Origin: Aduncisulcus paluster
Lineage: Eukaryota
Length of the DNA stretch: 32,121 nt
Direction of reading: 5' to 3'
NCBI GenBank assembly: GCA_024181965.1
Contig: BQXS01009711.1
Span: forward strand, 1 to 32,121
The notes below the pieces were generated by a model that saw only the letters and a list, made by a program, of their open reading frames with translations, did no database searches and was not told where the DNA came from. This document shows positions 1-10,496 of the stretch, piece by piece. A program made the position numbers and the translations under genes. How positions within the stretch are numbered: position 1 is the first letter of the stretch; each line of letters begins with the position of its first letter.

Positions 1-1231
1 TTTTCTTTTTCATATTCCTTGGTCAACTCATTCAAGTCCTTTTCCAAATGGAACAACTGAGGAAGAGTAATAAATTCACTTACAGACTCGTTCATAACCT
101 CATCCTTTGTGACACGATGTGTGAACGCAAGATATTTCTCACAGGTCTCTTTATATTTTGGCCTGGAAAATCTGGCACTGCGAACATATTCATCGCAGAG
201 AGGAATGAGAGTATCCATCGAGATTCTTGCAGCAGCAAAATGACGGACCAATTCAAGCCACCGAGCAACATAATTACCATCAACATCACCATTTAGAGTT
301 AAATCGGAATACCATTTGACAAGATAATCCTTGCTTGATGTAAAAATAGTTTCACGGAACTGGATACGCTGAGAGAAGACCAGAAGAACACTAAGAACAT
401 CTGGAACTGATGATATCGGGAAGGATGGAACCTTTTCCATTATTTTCTCGAAAACAAGGTTGAACATAACACTTCTCTTGCCGGGAATAAGAGCAGAATT
501 GGAAAAAACCAACATGAGCATGTTGAAACTTGTGCTAGAGGTACATAAATCAAGCCAATCTAAATAAGATCCATTAATAAGCTCAAAAATATCCTTTTTT
601 CCTTGGGTATCCTTCGTTTTATAAAGGAAATGTCGGAAAACGGCCAAAAAATGGAACATTGTTTCTTCACTTTTCAAAATTTTTCCAACCTCGAAAATCT
701 TTGATCCCATTGAGATAAAAATATCTTTGCAAACATCATCGCTCACAACATAGGTAAAATTTGCCATAATCTCAATAAATAAATTCGCCATTTCCGTGAG
801 TTTGGTTGAGGAAATCTTTTCGAGTTCTTCTTTAAGGGTTTCAAATTGACAAATAAGAAGATCCTTGTTTTCTTGGAATAAAGTATTATATAGATTCGTA
901 TTCTCCCTAAATCTTGAATGAGAATCCGCCATAATGTCAATCGAAAAAGTTCTCCATGCATCACCTTCATTATAACGCACAGAATTAAGTAATATCTCAA
1001 GTTCATCCTTTGAGCATAATTTTTTTAAAGCTATTTTGAAAAATAAATGCCAAAATAAATAAAATATAAAAAATGAGTGCTACAAAATCAAAAACAAAAT
1101 AAAGAGCAAACTTTTGGGAAAAATATGTAGCATACCTTCTGAATCTATTTTTTAAAGATATAATAAATGGAAATTAATCAAGAAAAACATGACAAAGGGA
1201 AAAATGAAAATATCATACCTTTTGTGCTCAT
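1..1231 (-). CDS. Uncharacterised alpha-helical (ARM/HEAT-like) protein, 3'-truncated by the window edge; exons 1231-1219, 1144-1136, 1030-<1
   Basis: Missing from the ORF track. Manual translation shows an uninterrupted minus-strand frame from 1030 to the window edge (LKKLCSKDELEILLNSVRY...NELTKEYEKE). It joins ATG 1231 via GTATG...TAG introns at 1218-1145 and 1135-1031, giving MSTKDSEALKKLC. Confidence 0.75.
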
Positions 1232-1538
1232 TTTTAAGAAAACACTCTAATATTTGATCAAGTACTTCAATGAAAATGACGAACGCCAGGTTAATGTTTT
1301 TAATAGTAATCAAAATGGATTTTTCAAAATTACTTCAAGTGCCAAGTTGGCAAGCAAATCATAAACATAAAAAAAAAGTTAAACCAAATTGATAGAGTCC
1401 AAAAATATTTATTTAAGAAAATAATTATAGAAAAAAGAAAGATAAGGAAAAACGAAAGTTCCAAACTCCTCAGAGGTGAAAAAAGTGAAATAAATTGATA
1501 TACGATTTTTTACAAAAAAATGAACAAAAATCAACAAA

Positions 1539-4500
1539 TCACCGATATTTCTCCAATAAAAACAACGCTTTCCCTTTCTTTATACGTTTTTCCATTTCAT
1601 CAAGATCCACGTCAGATTCTCTTGAAAACACACAGAAATCATTCACAATCACATCATTCGGTTCTTCTTCTTTTTGTGACAATTTACATTGAGCTTCTTC
1701 TTTTCTCTCTTGTTCTTTCTTTCCATATGATGATTGAGGGGATGAAATTGTACTTGAAGGATTCGGCACGATTGAAGGGACCGGTTGAAGACGTTGCCAT
1801 TCTTTCCACACATCACCAAGTTCAACAATACTGCAGAATAATTCATGTAAAACAAGGGAAGCAACGGAAGCTTTTCTTGGAAAATGATTCGAGTGAGGTT
1901 GAACGGAAGATGGGAATGGAAATTTAGACATAGGACTATTGAATGATAGAAAACCTGGTGGCAATACATTGTGATGGTGACTATTTTCTCCTTTCTCCAC
2001 AGTCTCCTCTCGTTTTTTACCCGATTTATATAGTATATCCTTCTCAGATCCCGTCACAGAGGAGTCACTATTGTCAGTTCTAAGAGATGATGGTTGTTTT
2101 GAAAGTGAGTTTGAGGAAGAGGAAGAAGGAGAGTCACCATCTTTCGTCGTTTTAGATGGTTTCGGAAAGAAGCAAGAGAGATCATCAACACTAGATACAA
2201 AACTAGCACTTCGAGTGAGACCAATGGATCGTTTGAGATGCTTTTGAACACTACTCACTCCGTCACTATCATGCTCGTCCGATTCTACAATATCTTGACT
2301 TTCTCTGGATTGTTTCACGTGTTTTAAAGGATTTCTGAGTGTTTCTGATGGCTGTGATATACTTTTTTTCTTTAGTTTGAGAGATTTATATCCGGCTTTA
2401 CCACTTGGCAATATTGTAGATGAAAAGTTTGAAGAATTCCTTTGACCTTTTCTCAAAGCTCCCTTGAAAGAGGAGGAAGAAGAGGAATTAGAAGAAGGAC
2501 TAAAGTATTTTGAATACATCTGTTCTTCTGCATCTACTGTTTGCTCCTTCATCGCTTCCACCTCAGCTTCTTCATGTTCTTCCTGTTCAAGAGTTTGAAT
2601 GGCTTCATAGGCTTCTTTGAGACAGGCCATTGCTTTTGCTAGAGACTCGTCAAGGGAACAATTGGCAGCAAACAGACTGATATCGGACGGAAGAGTGGGT
2701 TTCTTGTCAAGAAATATGGAAGAAGAAATCAGAGTTTCGCTGTGAATAGTTCTCGTGGAATCCTCAAACAGATAATCTTCAACGTCACAGGAGGATTGCA
2801 TCGAGGGGAGTAGAATATCGGAGGTAGATTTAGTAGTAACATTTTTTTCCTGAGGAATTATTGAATGGTGAGAAGAAGATGGCGATACTGAGACGGAAAT
2901 AGAACCCTGGTCTTCATCAATGTCAGAAGATTGAGGGGCATGGGAGTACGAAGAAGAGACATGTTTTTTGTTGGTCTCTTCAGCTTTCTTCCTTAGATTT
3001 GAAATAGAGAATAAATTCAAAGCAGATTGTGACATAGAACCATCATTTCCTTCCCCTTCCTCCTCTTCTCCTTCTTCCCCTCCATAATATTCATAGCTTT
3101 TTGATTCTTCACTCTTTTCAAGCTCAGAATTATCCTCATCTTCACTAATTTCCCATATAGCAATATTATCGGTATCAGTTCTCTTCAATTTCCGAAGTTT
3201 TTCACGTCTTTTTTGACGTCTGAATGATGAACCAACGCCCTTATCAGCATCCTCATCAGAACAATCGAAAAAATCAGATTCGACACTGCTTTCTTCTTCA
3301 TCTTCTTCAGAAACCGATTGGCTGGTCATATTAATCCCTATTTTCCGTATTTTTGTGAACTTACTCTTGCTGTGACGAGATATCATCGTTTCCATATGTT
3401 TAATGAAAGAGTTTGTCAATGAGTGAGCCATTCCCGCAATATATTCCCCATCAATGTGCTGGGAAGGTGAAGGGGGAGTCGGGAATGGATACATCAAGTC
3501 TGGATCATGGTCTGGATGCGATGGAAGAAGATCAACGGCATTTGTTGAGGATGACGATATCACAGAGCCAATAGCATCAGAAGATTTTTTGGCATGAGGG
3601 ATCTGATCATCAATTCCCGGGTCGAGAGAAGTCTGGCTAGCAGAGGCCAAGATGGCTTGTTTTGAAGAAGCTTGGGGAAACATATCTGGAATAACATCTG
3701 TAACGCCTTTTGTCACACAGAGTGGGTCAGTTGAGGATTCTGGGGAAGAGGGAAGACTTGGCATGTTTGGACTTTTCGTCGCATTCAGACCAACACTATC
3801 AGACCTTTTTTTGGAGTCTGTGTGTGGATGCAGCAATAGAGAAGCTGCCTTGGAACCTGGATATGTCATGAATTCTTTCCGAAACTTTGCCCTTGATTCA
3901 GTATACATGTCATTTTCATGTTCCTCTTCCCCAACACTTGTCAATTCTCTCACAAATTTCTGCATCCATTGATCATCGGGATCATCAGAAGTCGCGGATT
4001 CATTTATCACAGAAAACGTTGGTTGCGAGATTTGATCAGAGGGAATTTCAGTAATTGTGTGCACAGAAAGAGATGAATCACCCGAATGCTCAGAGAAGTC
4101 AGATTGTTCAATGAATGATGGATTTGAAATCGAGGACAGAGCAGACCCTCTCCGTCCAGATGGAATGGCGTACATGAATTCTGACCCACCAGACTCACTT
4201 GAGGGACCTTTAGAAGCATGATGTGAATGGACAGATTTTGAATCGCCAGCCATGGCACGAACATCCATACTTTCTTCTTCACTCACACCATTAAAATGGG
4301 ATGGGAATATAGAATATTTTGATGTGGCAGGAGTATTTGAATTGGTTTCATGCATATACGACATGATTGAGTCTCTAATCTCACTTTCTAAGGGTTCTCC
4401 ACGATCGGGGAAGCCATAGAAAGCGGCAGTATCTTCAGACTCTTCGATAGGTTCCATCATTGCATCGGATGAAGCTATAGGACCGGAGGAAGGAATTACG

Positions 4501-6038
4501 TTATGACCAGACTCATTGTGGGCGATGACAACACCAGCAGAAGAGGGAGTGTCCTGATCTTGGGTGGGAACAAAAACATCAGGTAAACTGGAATGATGTG
4601 TCATCCCATCAACTCCACGTTCTGGGGAATTCCCCATATAGTTCATATCGTCAATGTGATCATCACCAGAAGAGGAACTAGAAGAAGATTGTGTGGAATT
4701 GCTTGAAGTCACATGTTGTTGAGAGTGGTCTTCTTCAAGCTCGGAATCTCCAAATATCTCACGTAAATCTTCAGTCCATACGCCATCTGCACTCAAACGT
4801 TTCCGATGGCCACGCCCAGCAGCAAGAAGTCTTGTTCTTCTCATTTCTCGCTGTCTCTTTCTTTTCTCCTGCTCCTGTTTCCATTTCTCATGGAAAATGG
4901 ACACCGGAATCAGTTTATGCACCATTTTAACGCGTTTTACAATCTCTTTATCAATGGGACACTCCATGGGTTCATTTGAGGGGCTTATACGGGCTCTTTC
5001 AGGCGATCCTTTAGTTTGGTATGGTTTTGGCGATATCAATAATGCACGATCTTGACGAGTATGTAGTTTTCTAGCCCTGAGGTTTGGAGAATGCATTAGG
5101 AGATCCGCACTACTCATTGGTGAAGCATCCTTCGTTCGTTTCTTCTCAGGCTTTTCAGTATCTTTCGAATTATGACTAGGAATAGATAATTTGTATGAAG
5201 AGAGATCAAATACATCATCTTGAGAATCAGATTTGGTAGATTTTGAAGCACTTTGAGAAGCCAGACTCCTTGAGGAATCCCAGCGTTCAAAAGAAACTTT
5301 CTTCGGCATAACATGTTTTTGTATGGCATCATTATCTTCCAATGAACGATTGATAGTGAAATATCTTGTGCTCAATCCCTTGGAAACCTCTCCGCTCATA
5401 AATATTGGATTTCCCGAGATCGAGGTGCTCTGTTCGGGTCTCCATCTCTTTGAATGATCAGTATCTACGTCCGGATGAGCATCTTGTGCCCGTGTTAGGG
5501 ATCTTCTTGTTTGTTTGACAACCTCAACAGCTTCAAGAGCAGCCATCACACTTGCCCTTCGAGGAACTTGTTGGATAGACAACGATGGAGCAAGACATGC
5601 AGCAACCAATGCTCTGTCGACCTCATCTTCGTGATCTGCATCTTTACATTTTAACACATCATCCCATTGTCCACGTTCTTTCTCATCTTGGGTCATGGAA
5701 ATACACAATTTCAATAACAGTGCAGCATCATCAAGCGTTTTGTCTTCATCAATCGGTGGGAGAAGAGAGAAGGAGACCTTATCCTCTTTCTGTTTATCCT
5801 CTGCAAGTAAATAACCTAACATAATACTGGCTGCGGGATCGGTTTTTCCAATTGTGTTTAAAACCGTTGATACCGAAATTTCGTCACCCTTTTTTCGCGA
5901 ACAGATACTTTTAACCTTCTTTTTCGGATTTCCTGTCTTCTCACCTTCTAACTCGAACCCACAGGGTTTAGATTTCTTAAAAACAGTGTGAAAATATGGA
6001 TCCTTGATTTTTAAGATATTTTCAATTCTTGGCTTCAT
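1539..6038 (-). CDS. Large (1499 aa) Ser/acidic-rich, probably largely disordered protein of unknown function
   Basis: 4.5-kb ORF starting at ATG, with poly-Ser and Glu/Asp tracts and basic NLS-like stretches; no recognisable domain. Confidence 0.8.
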   Translation of the reverse strand: MKPRIENILKIKDPYFHTVFKKSKPCGFELEGEKTGNPKKKVKSICSRKKGDEISVSTVLNTIGKTDPAASIMLGYLLAEDKQKEDKVSFSLLPPIDEDKTLDDAALLLKLCISMTQDEKERGQWDDVLKCKDADHEDEVDRALVAACLAPSLSIQQVPRRASVMAALEAVEVVKQTRRSLTRAQDAHPDVDTDHSKRWRPEQSTSISGNPIFMSGEVSKGLSTRYFTINRSLEDNDAIQKHVMPKKVSFERWDSSRSLASQSASKSTKSDSQDDVFDLSSYKLSIPSHNSKDTEKPEKKRTKDASPMSSADLLMHSPNLRARKLHTRQDRALLISPKPYQTKGSPERARISPSNEPMECPIDKEIVKRVKMVHKLIPVSIFHEKWKQEQEKRKRQREMRRTRLLAAGRGHRKRLSADGVWTEDLREIFGDSELEEDHSQQHVTSSNSTQSSSSSSSGDDHIDDMNYMGNSPERGVDGMTHHSSLPDVFVPTQDQDTPSSAGVVIAHNESGHNVIPSSGPIASSDAMMEPIEESEDTAAFYGFPDRGEPLESEIRDSIMSYMHETNSNTPATSKYSIFPSHFNGVSEEESMDVRAMAGDSKSVHSHHASKGPSSESGGSEFMYAIPSGRRGSALSSISNPSFIEQSDFSEHSGDSSLSVHTITEIPSDQISQPTFSVINESATSDDPDDQWMQKFVRELTSVGEEEHENDMYTESRAKFRKEFMTYPGSKAASLLLHPHTDSKKRSDSVGLNATKSPNMPSLPSSPESSTDPLCVTKGVTDVIPDMFPQASSKQAILASASQTSLDPGIDDQIPHAKKSSDAIGSVISSSSTNAVDLLPSHPDHDPDLMYPFPTPPSPSQHIDGEYIAGMAHSLTNSFIKHMETMISRHSKSKFTKIRKIGINMTSQSVSEEDEEESSVESDFFDCSDEDADKGVGSSFRRQKRREKLRKLKRTDTDNIAIWEISEDEDNSELEKSEESKSYEYYGGEEGEEEEGEGNDGSMSQSALNLFSISNLRKKAEETNKKHVSSSYSHAPQSSDIDEDQGSISVSVSPSSSHHSIIPQEKNVTTKSTSDILLPSMQSSCDVEDYLFEDSTRTIHSETLISSSIFLDKKPTLPSDISLFAANCSLDESLAKAMACLKEAYEAIQTLEQEEHEEAEVEAMKEQTVDAEEQMYSKYFSPSSNSSSSSSFKGALRKGQRNSSNFSSTILPSGKAGYKSLKLKKKSISQPSETLRNPLKHVKQSRESQDIVESDEHDSDGVSSVQKHLKRSIGLTRSASFVSSVDDLSCFFPKPSKTTKDGDSPSSSSSNSLSKQPSSLRTDNSDSSVTGSEKDILYKSGKKREETVEKGENSHHHNVLPPGFLSFNSPMSKFPFPSSVQPHSNHFPRKASVASLVLHELFCSIVELGDVWKEWQRLQPVPSIVPNPSSTISSPQSSYGKKEQERKEEAQCKLSQKEEEPNDVIVNDFCVFSRESDVDLDEMEKRIKKGKALFLLEKYR

Positions 6039-6283
6039 TATTAATCATTGAATATGGGCAAAAAATCCAATTTTTTGGTTATCTTCTTGGTATCCTTATT
6101 CACTAAACATTCATTATATTAAATCAATATATATGTATATTTATGTTATCTTTTTGACAGAAATTGTAAATTTTATTATCAATTGTGTGCAGTGGAAGTT
6201 TTCTTCGCCTATCTTGAACAAAAAGAGCGCAGTATTATTGTTCAAAATATTATCTTGAGTTTAGGTCTTGAATTTGATAAATA

Positions 6284-7807
6284 ATGAGTGAAATAGAACT
6301 GAAGGAAACTCGATTAGCTCCAATCAAAAATACTTCCGTCATTAGTACCACGAATAACGACAATATTAATGAAATGGCAACTGGATCTGTCATTAAGTTG
6401 ATAATCAAAATGAGTTTTGCATCTGTAATATCTTTATTTTGTGTAACTGCTTATGAAATTGCTGATTCTATGATAATTGGTAGATTTTGTGGTAGTACCC
6501 CTCTAAGTGGAGTTTCAGCCTTCTTATTCTTTGAATACATTCTTAGTATCAATATTGGGTATTGTTTTGGCTGTTCTGTTACTCCAATCATATCTCATGC
6601 TTTAGGAGAGGGAAACCTTCTTCGTGCTCAAAAATCTCTTCAATATTTAATAACATTTCTTATTATTTGGACCATTTTTGTACCAGCTCTCTGTATTCCG
6701 CTCCTTCCATTCATTTTACCAGCTCTTGGTGTTCCAGACAATGCTTATGATGAAACATTATCTTATGCAAGAGTGGCTATCTGTGGAACAGGAATTGTAT
6801 CGTTTGTTTTGGCTTTTATTCAACTCTTTCGTAGCGAAAATAGACCATTTCTTTCAATGTGGATTGAAATTTCCTGTTCCCTTCTCAATATTGTTGGAGA
6901 TCTAATATTCTTAGGAATTTTCAAATTAAAAGCAAGCTATGCTGCTTTATCTACTGTTATTGCCCATTTATTACCTTTTATTGTCATCATTTTTTTATAT
7001 TGTTCTCGAAAAGAATCTATTCGACCCAAGGTTACCCTTACTCCTGATGTTCTGAAAGCTCCATTTGACAAAGAAATATTCCTCAAAACTTTTGGTTCTT
7101 CTTTTGTCTTTCTCATTCAGGAAACTTTCTTCTCACTTGGAGGAATATTGATATCAAAGAATATTGCCAACTATGTCAGTGATGAGCATCAGCATACAGA
7201 GTATTTGGCTGCATTCGGAGCCTCACATCGTCTTGCAAACATGGTATTTCTGCCCTGTCTTGGGATTGGGACTTCTTTACCCCCTTTGATTGCCTACAAT
7301 CTAGGCAAACTCAACTACCAACGTGTTTTCGGAATAATATGGAAAGGTTTATTGACCATTATTACATTTGCATCTTTCTTATGTGGTTTATTTCTCTCTC
7401 TATTACCCTTTTTTGCCTCTCTTTTCTCCGATGGTGATGATGATCTCACCGAGTTGATTATATCAATGACAAAAGGCGTCCTAATTATTTCATTCTTCTG
7501 CCCTTTCCTCCATACAGTGACTGGAATTGCCCAGGGAGAGAGAAATGTCGCGTATCAGGCCGTACTCTATTTTTGCACAGGATTCCCAATGATTGTGTTT
7601 TCTTATGTTCTCCCGTTGTTGTTCAAGAATGGTCTTGATGCATTCAAATACATTTTAACAATTTCATACTCGATTGCTGATATATTCTGTCTCATTTGTT
7701 TCCCTTTCCTGTTCTTTAAGTACTACAAAAAAACTAAGACTCCCATTGACATTATTGATTTTGAAGACTCAAAGGATGAGTCTCACTCCAATGAATCAAA
7801 AGCCTGA
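6284..7807 (+). CDS. MATE (MatE) family multidrug/toxin efflux transporter
   Basis: 507 aa with about 12 hydrophobic segments and two-fold repeated MATE-type motifs (ADSMIIGRF..., ISHALGEGN/IAYNLGKLN, LLNIVGDLIFL, AALSTVIA). Confidence 0.9.
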   Translation: MSEIELKETRLAPIKNTSVISTTNNDNINEMATGSVIKLIIKMSFASVISLFCVTAYEIADSMIIGRFCGSTPLSGVSAFLFFEYILSINIGYCFGCSVTPIISHALGEGNLLRAQKSLQYLITFLIIWTIFVPALCIPLLPFILPALGVPDNAYDETLSYARVAICGTGIVSFVLAFIQLFRSENRPFLSMWIEISCSLLNIVGDLIFLGIFKLKASYAALSTVIAHLLPFIVIIFLYCSRKESIRPKVTLTPDVLKAPFDKEIFLKTFGSSFVFLIQETFFSLGGILISKNIANYVSDEHQHTEYLAAFGASHRLANMVFLPCLGIGTSLPPLIAYNLGKLNYQRVFGIIWKGLLTIITFASFLCGLFLSLLPFFASLFSDGDDDLTELIISMTKGVLIISFFCPFLHTVTGIAQGERNVAYQAVLYFCTGFPMIVFSYVLPLLFKNGLDAFKYILTISYSIADIFCLICFPFLFFKYYKKTKTPIDIIDFEDSKDESHSNESKA

Positions 7808-7879
7808 GTTTAAATATAGTAATTATTTCACTGTTCTACTCCTTTATCTTCCATTTATCTTGATCGTTGAGAAAATTTG

Positions 7880-9355
7880 TCATGTTATATGAAATAACAA
7901 TTCAACACCTCCACCTGATTGTTCAATAAAGTCGTATGTTGATTGTCGTAGAGATCTTTCCTCCTCAAATGACATTGCTATTATGAAATGTTGGGGAAGA
8001 GAATATTGAATGAGAGAAGAGTGTACAATTCTTTGAAGACAGAGTTCAGTTTCTTTCTTCTCTTTGGGAAGTATTTGTTCACAACAGCAATCTCCTCGAA
8101 TAAAAATATTACACCTAATTTCTGAACCCGAAATGACATTGTAGAGAGAAGAAACAGAACTCCAATTTTGGAACATGGGTTCCATCTTGAAAAATTCCAT
8201 TCCACAAATATGACTGGCAATTGTATATCCATCAGCATCAGGGGCATCTGAGGTTTCAATTGATGGTATAATTAGGCTCATGGGCACCGATCGGAGAAGA
8301 CATGAAGAAGAAATCGTTGCTGAAACAATTTTAAAAATATTCTCGAAATAATTTTCACAATCAGAACAAACAGTAAAATAAGCCATATCATAACACCACA
8401 TCATTGGGTCATCAAATTTAGGAGATAATTCAAGAGCCAGAGATGGAATAGTTGAGAAGATTGAGAGAAGTTTGGAAAAAAAATTTATACCCATTATGGA
8501 TTTGGCTTTCTTAATCGCATCAAACCAACCTTCAAGAAGATCTTTTACCTTTTTATATGCTTCGAGTGTATGTCTATGATCATAACACAAATTCGAAATC
8601 AACCATAATAAATTGTAATTATCATCCTCAATAATCTTGCATCCAACAACAAATTCTCTACAAGTATTGATAAGAGGATAGAATATCGGCCAAGATTTAT
8701 CACAAAACAGAAATTTATCTTTTGGATTTTCAACTGAAATGATTTTTGCTAAGGTGCCGAAACAAAATCCACGTTGATACACTCTCCACCAATCAACAAT
8801 ATAAGACTTAATAAGGGCGAGAAGGGAGTCATGACCCGTAAATTGGGAAGAATTTGAGAAATTATGTAAAATTGATATCAAATTCATTGGAATAACTCCA
8901 GTTAACTTCTTCTTACTTCCTCTAAGCATGATATTCTCCAAAGCTGGGCAAATTTTTAAAAAGAAAGCATCATTGCACCCATAAATATCCATAAAGGTGT
9001 AGTGTACACAGATATTTGTAAATGTTTTGTCAATAGCTCCATCCAATACTTCATCAAATCTTGAAATAAAATCAATAAAGTATGCTATAATATCTTGAAT
9101 GTCAGAAAGGCACAGCCGAATTGTGCCATTTTCATTTGGGAGAAATAAAACTTCCAAACATTGGCAACACATTATAATCTCTTTTTTATGTTTAATGATC
9201 TGATCGCTGGCCTTTGTATGATGAAAAAAAGAAAGGATATTCTCCTTATTGGCATGATATAATAAGGATCTAGATTCTGAATCAGAACATTTCACGATAT
9301 TATCAAATAATTCGGACCATTTTTTCAACTTTGGACAAATTTCTGTACATATCAT
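7880..9355 (-). CDS. Uncharacterised helical-repeat (ARM-like) protein; 5' end uncertain
   Basis: Long ORF; the first in-frame ATG is at 9355 (the track start is a TTG). It shows colinear distant similarity to the gene at 1-1231. Confidence 0.7.
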   Translation of the reverse strand: MICTEICPKLKKWSELFDNIVKCSDSESRSLLYHANKENILSFFHHTKASDQIIKHKKEIIMCCQCLEVLFLPNENGTIRLCLSDIQDIIAYFIDFISRFDEVLDGAIDKTFTNICVHYTFMDIYGCNDAFFLKICPALENIMLRGSKKKLTGVIPMNLISILHNFSNSSQFTGHDSLLALIKSYIVDWWRVYQRGFCFGTLAKIISVENPKDKFLFCDKSWPIFYPLINTCREFVVGCKIIEDDNYNLLWLISNLCYDHRHTLEAYKKVKDLLEGWFDAIKKAKSIMGINFFSKLLSIFSTIPSLALELSPKFDDPMMWCYDMAYFTVCSDCENYFENIFKIVSATISSSCLLRSVPMSLIIPSIETSDAPDADGYTIASHICGMEFFKMEPMFQNWSSVSSLYNVISGSEIRCNIFIRGDCCCEQILPKEKKETELCLQRIVHSSLIQYSLPQHFIIAMSFEEERSLRQSTYDFIEQSGGGVELLFHIT

Positions 9356-9940
9356 CTTTCTTTTCAATTTTTATGCCCCTTGAAAGTGTATACTTAGCAA
9401 ATACAGGAATATTACGAGCCAAATTACGGATTAGTATTGGGATGCCGTAATATTGAATTAATTCCCAAATATTAACATACTTTTTTGAATTATCCAAAAA
9501 TATTCTTCAGATAAATAATGTAATATTCGAGAAAAATTGATTATTTGCAAAGAAATGTGAATTTCTAAAAAAAAAACAATTTCAAACTTTGAACGATTTG
9601 AAATCGCATGAATATTACGACACATAAAGTAGTCAAATTGAAGACCAACACAATAAAATCCAATTCAAAATGATTTATTTCTTGGAATTTCCAATGTTGA
9701 ACAGAAATATTCATTGACAAAAAGACAGATGCGTATTTACGGGAAAAATACATTTTTGTGTGTGAACAAAAAGAACAAAAAAGTATAAAAATGAATATAT
9801 TAGAAATATGCATTCAAGAATACCGAAAACGCAATAACACTATGCGAAAAGGATACCAAAAGATAGAAATATTGACAGATTACAAAACATTCTTGTAAAA
9901 ACCTGGTTGCGAGTATGTCTAAATTTGTATACACACTAAC

Positions 9941-10496
9941 AAATGAACACAATAAAGATAAAAATAACACCATAAAATAAGACGAGAAGAACAGACAAAC
10001 TATATAGGACAATATTAGGAAGATATCATTCGATATAAGACAAACAAAAAACAAATATAAAAAAAAATCAATATTATCTACACCGATTGTTTCACACAAT
10101 ACACGGTACCATCATCGTTACGACTAAAATCATCGAAGCCAAGCTCTTGACACATACATTCAGAGATATTACAGCTCACATATGCATACCCACCGCTTGG
10201 AACGTAGTNNNNNNNNNNNNNNNNNNNNAAATGAACACAATAAAGATAAAAATAACACCATAAAATAAGACGAGAAGAACAGACAAACTATATAGGACAA
10301 TATTAGGAAGATATCATTCGATATAAGACAAACAAAAAACAAATATAAAAAAAAATCAATATTATCTACACCGATTGTTTCACACAATACACGGTACCAT
10401 CATCGTTACGACTAAAATCATCGAAGCCAAGCTCTTGACACATACATTCAGAGATATTACAGCTCACATATGCATACCCACCGCTTGGAACGTAGT
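9941..10496. repeat. Exact 268-bp duplication (9941-10208 = 10229-10496) flanking a 20-N gap; likely scaffolding artefact
   Basis: Identical sequence on both sides of the N run at 10209-10228, offset 288. Confidence 0.9.

Noticed and set aside
9303..9497. 64-aa ORF or GTATG donor at 9480 as an upstream exon or frameshifted part of the 7880-9355 gene
   Set aside because: No nearby upstream ATG or convincing in-frame acceptor was found, and a TAA lies just upstream of the main frame; unresolved without transcripts.
9941..10496. Apparent duplicated 3' end of the BPI-like gene and twin 'MCETIGVD' ORFs
   Set aside because: Identical copies abut a fixed-length 20-N gap, typical of unmerged overlapping contig ends; the ORFs are shadow frames.
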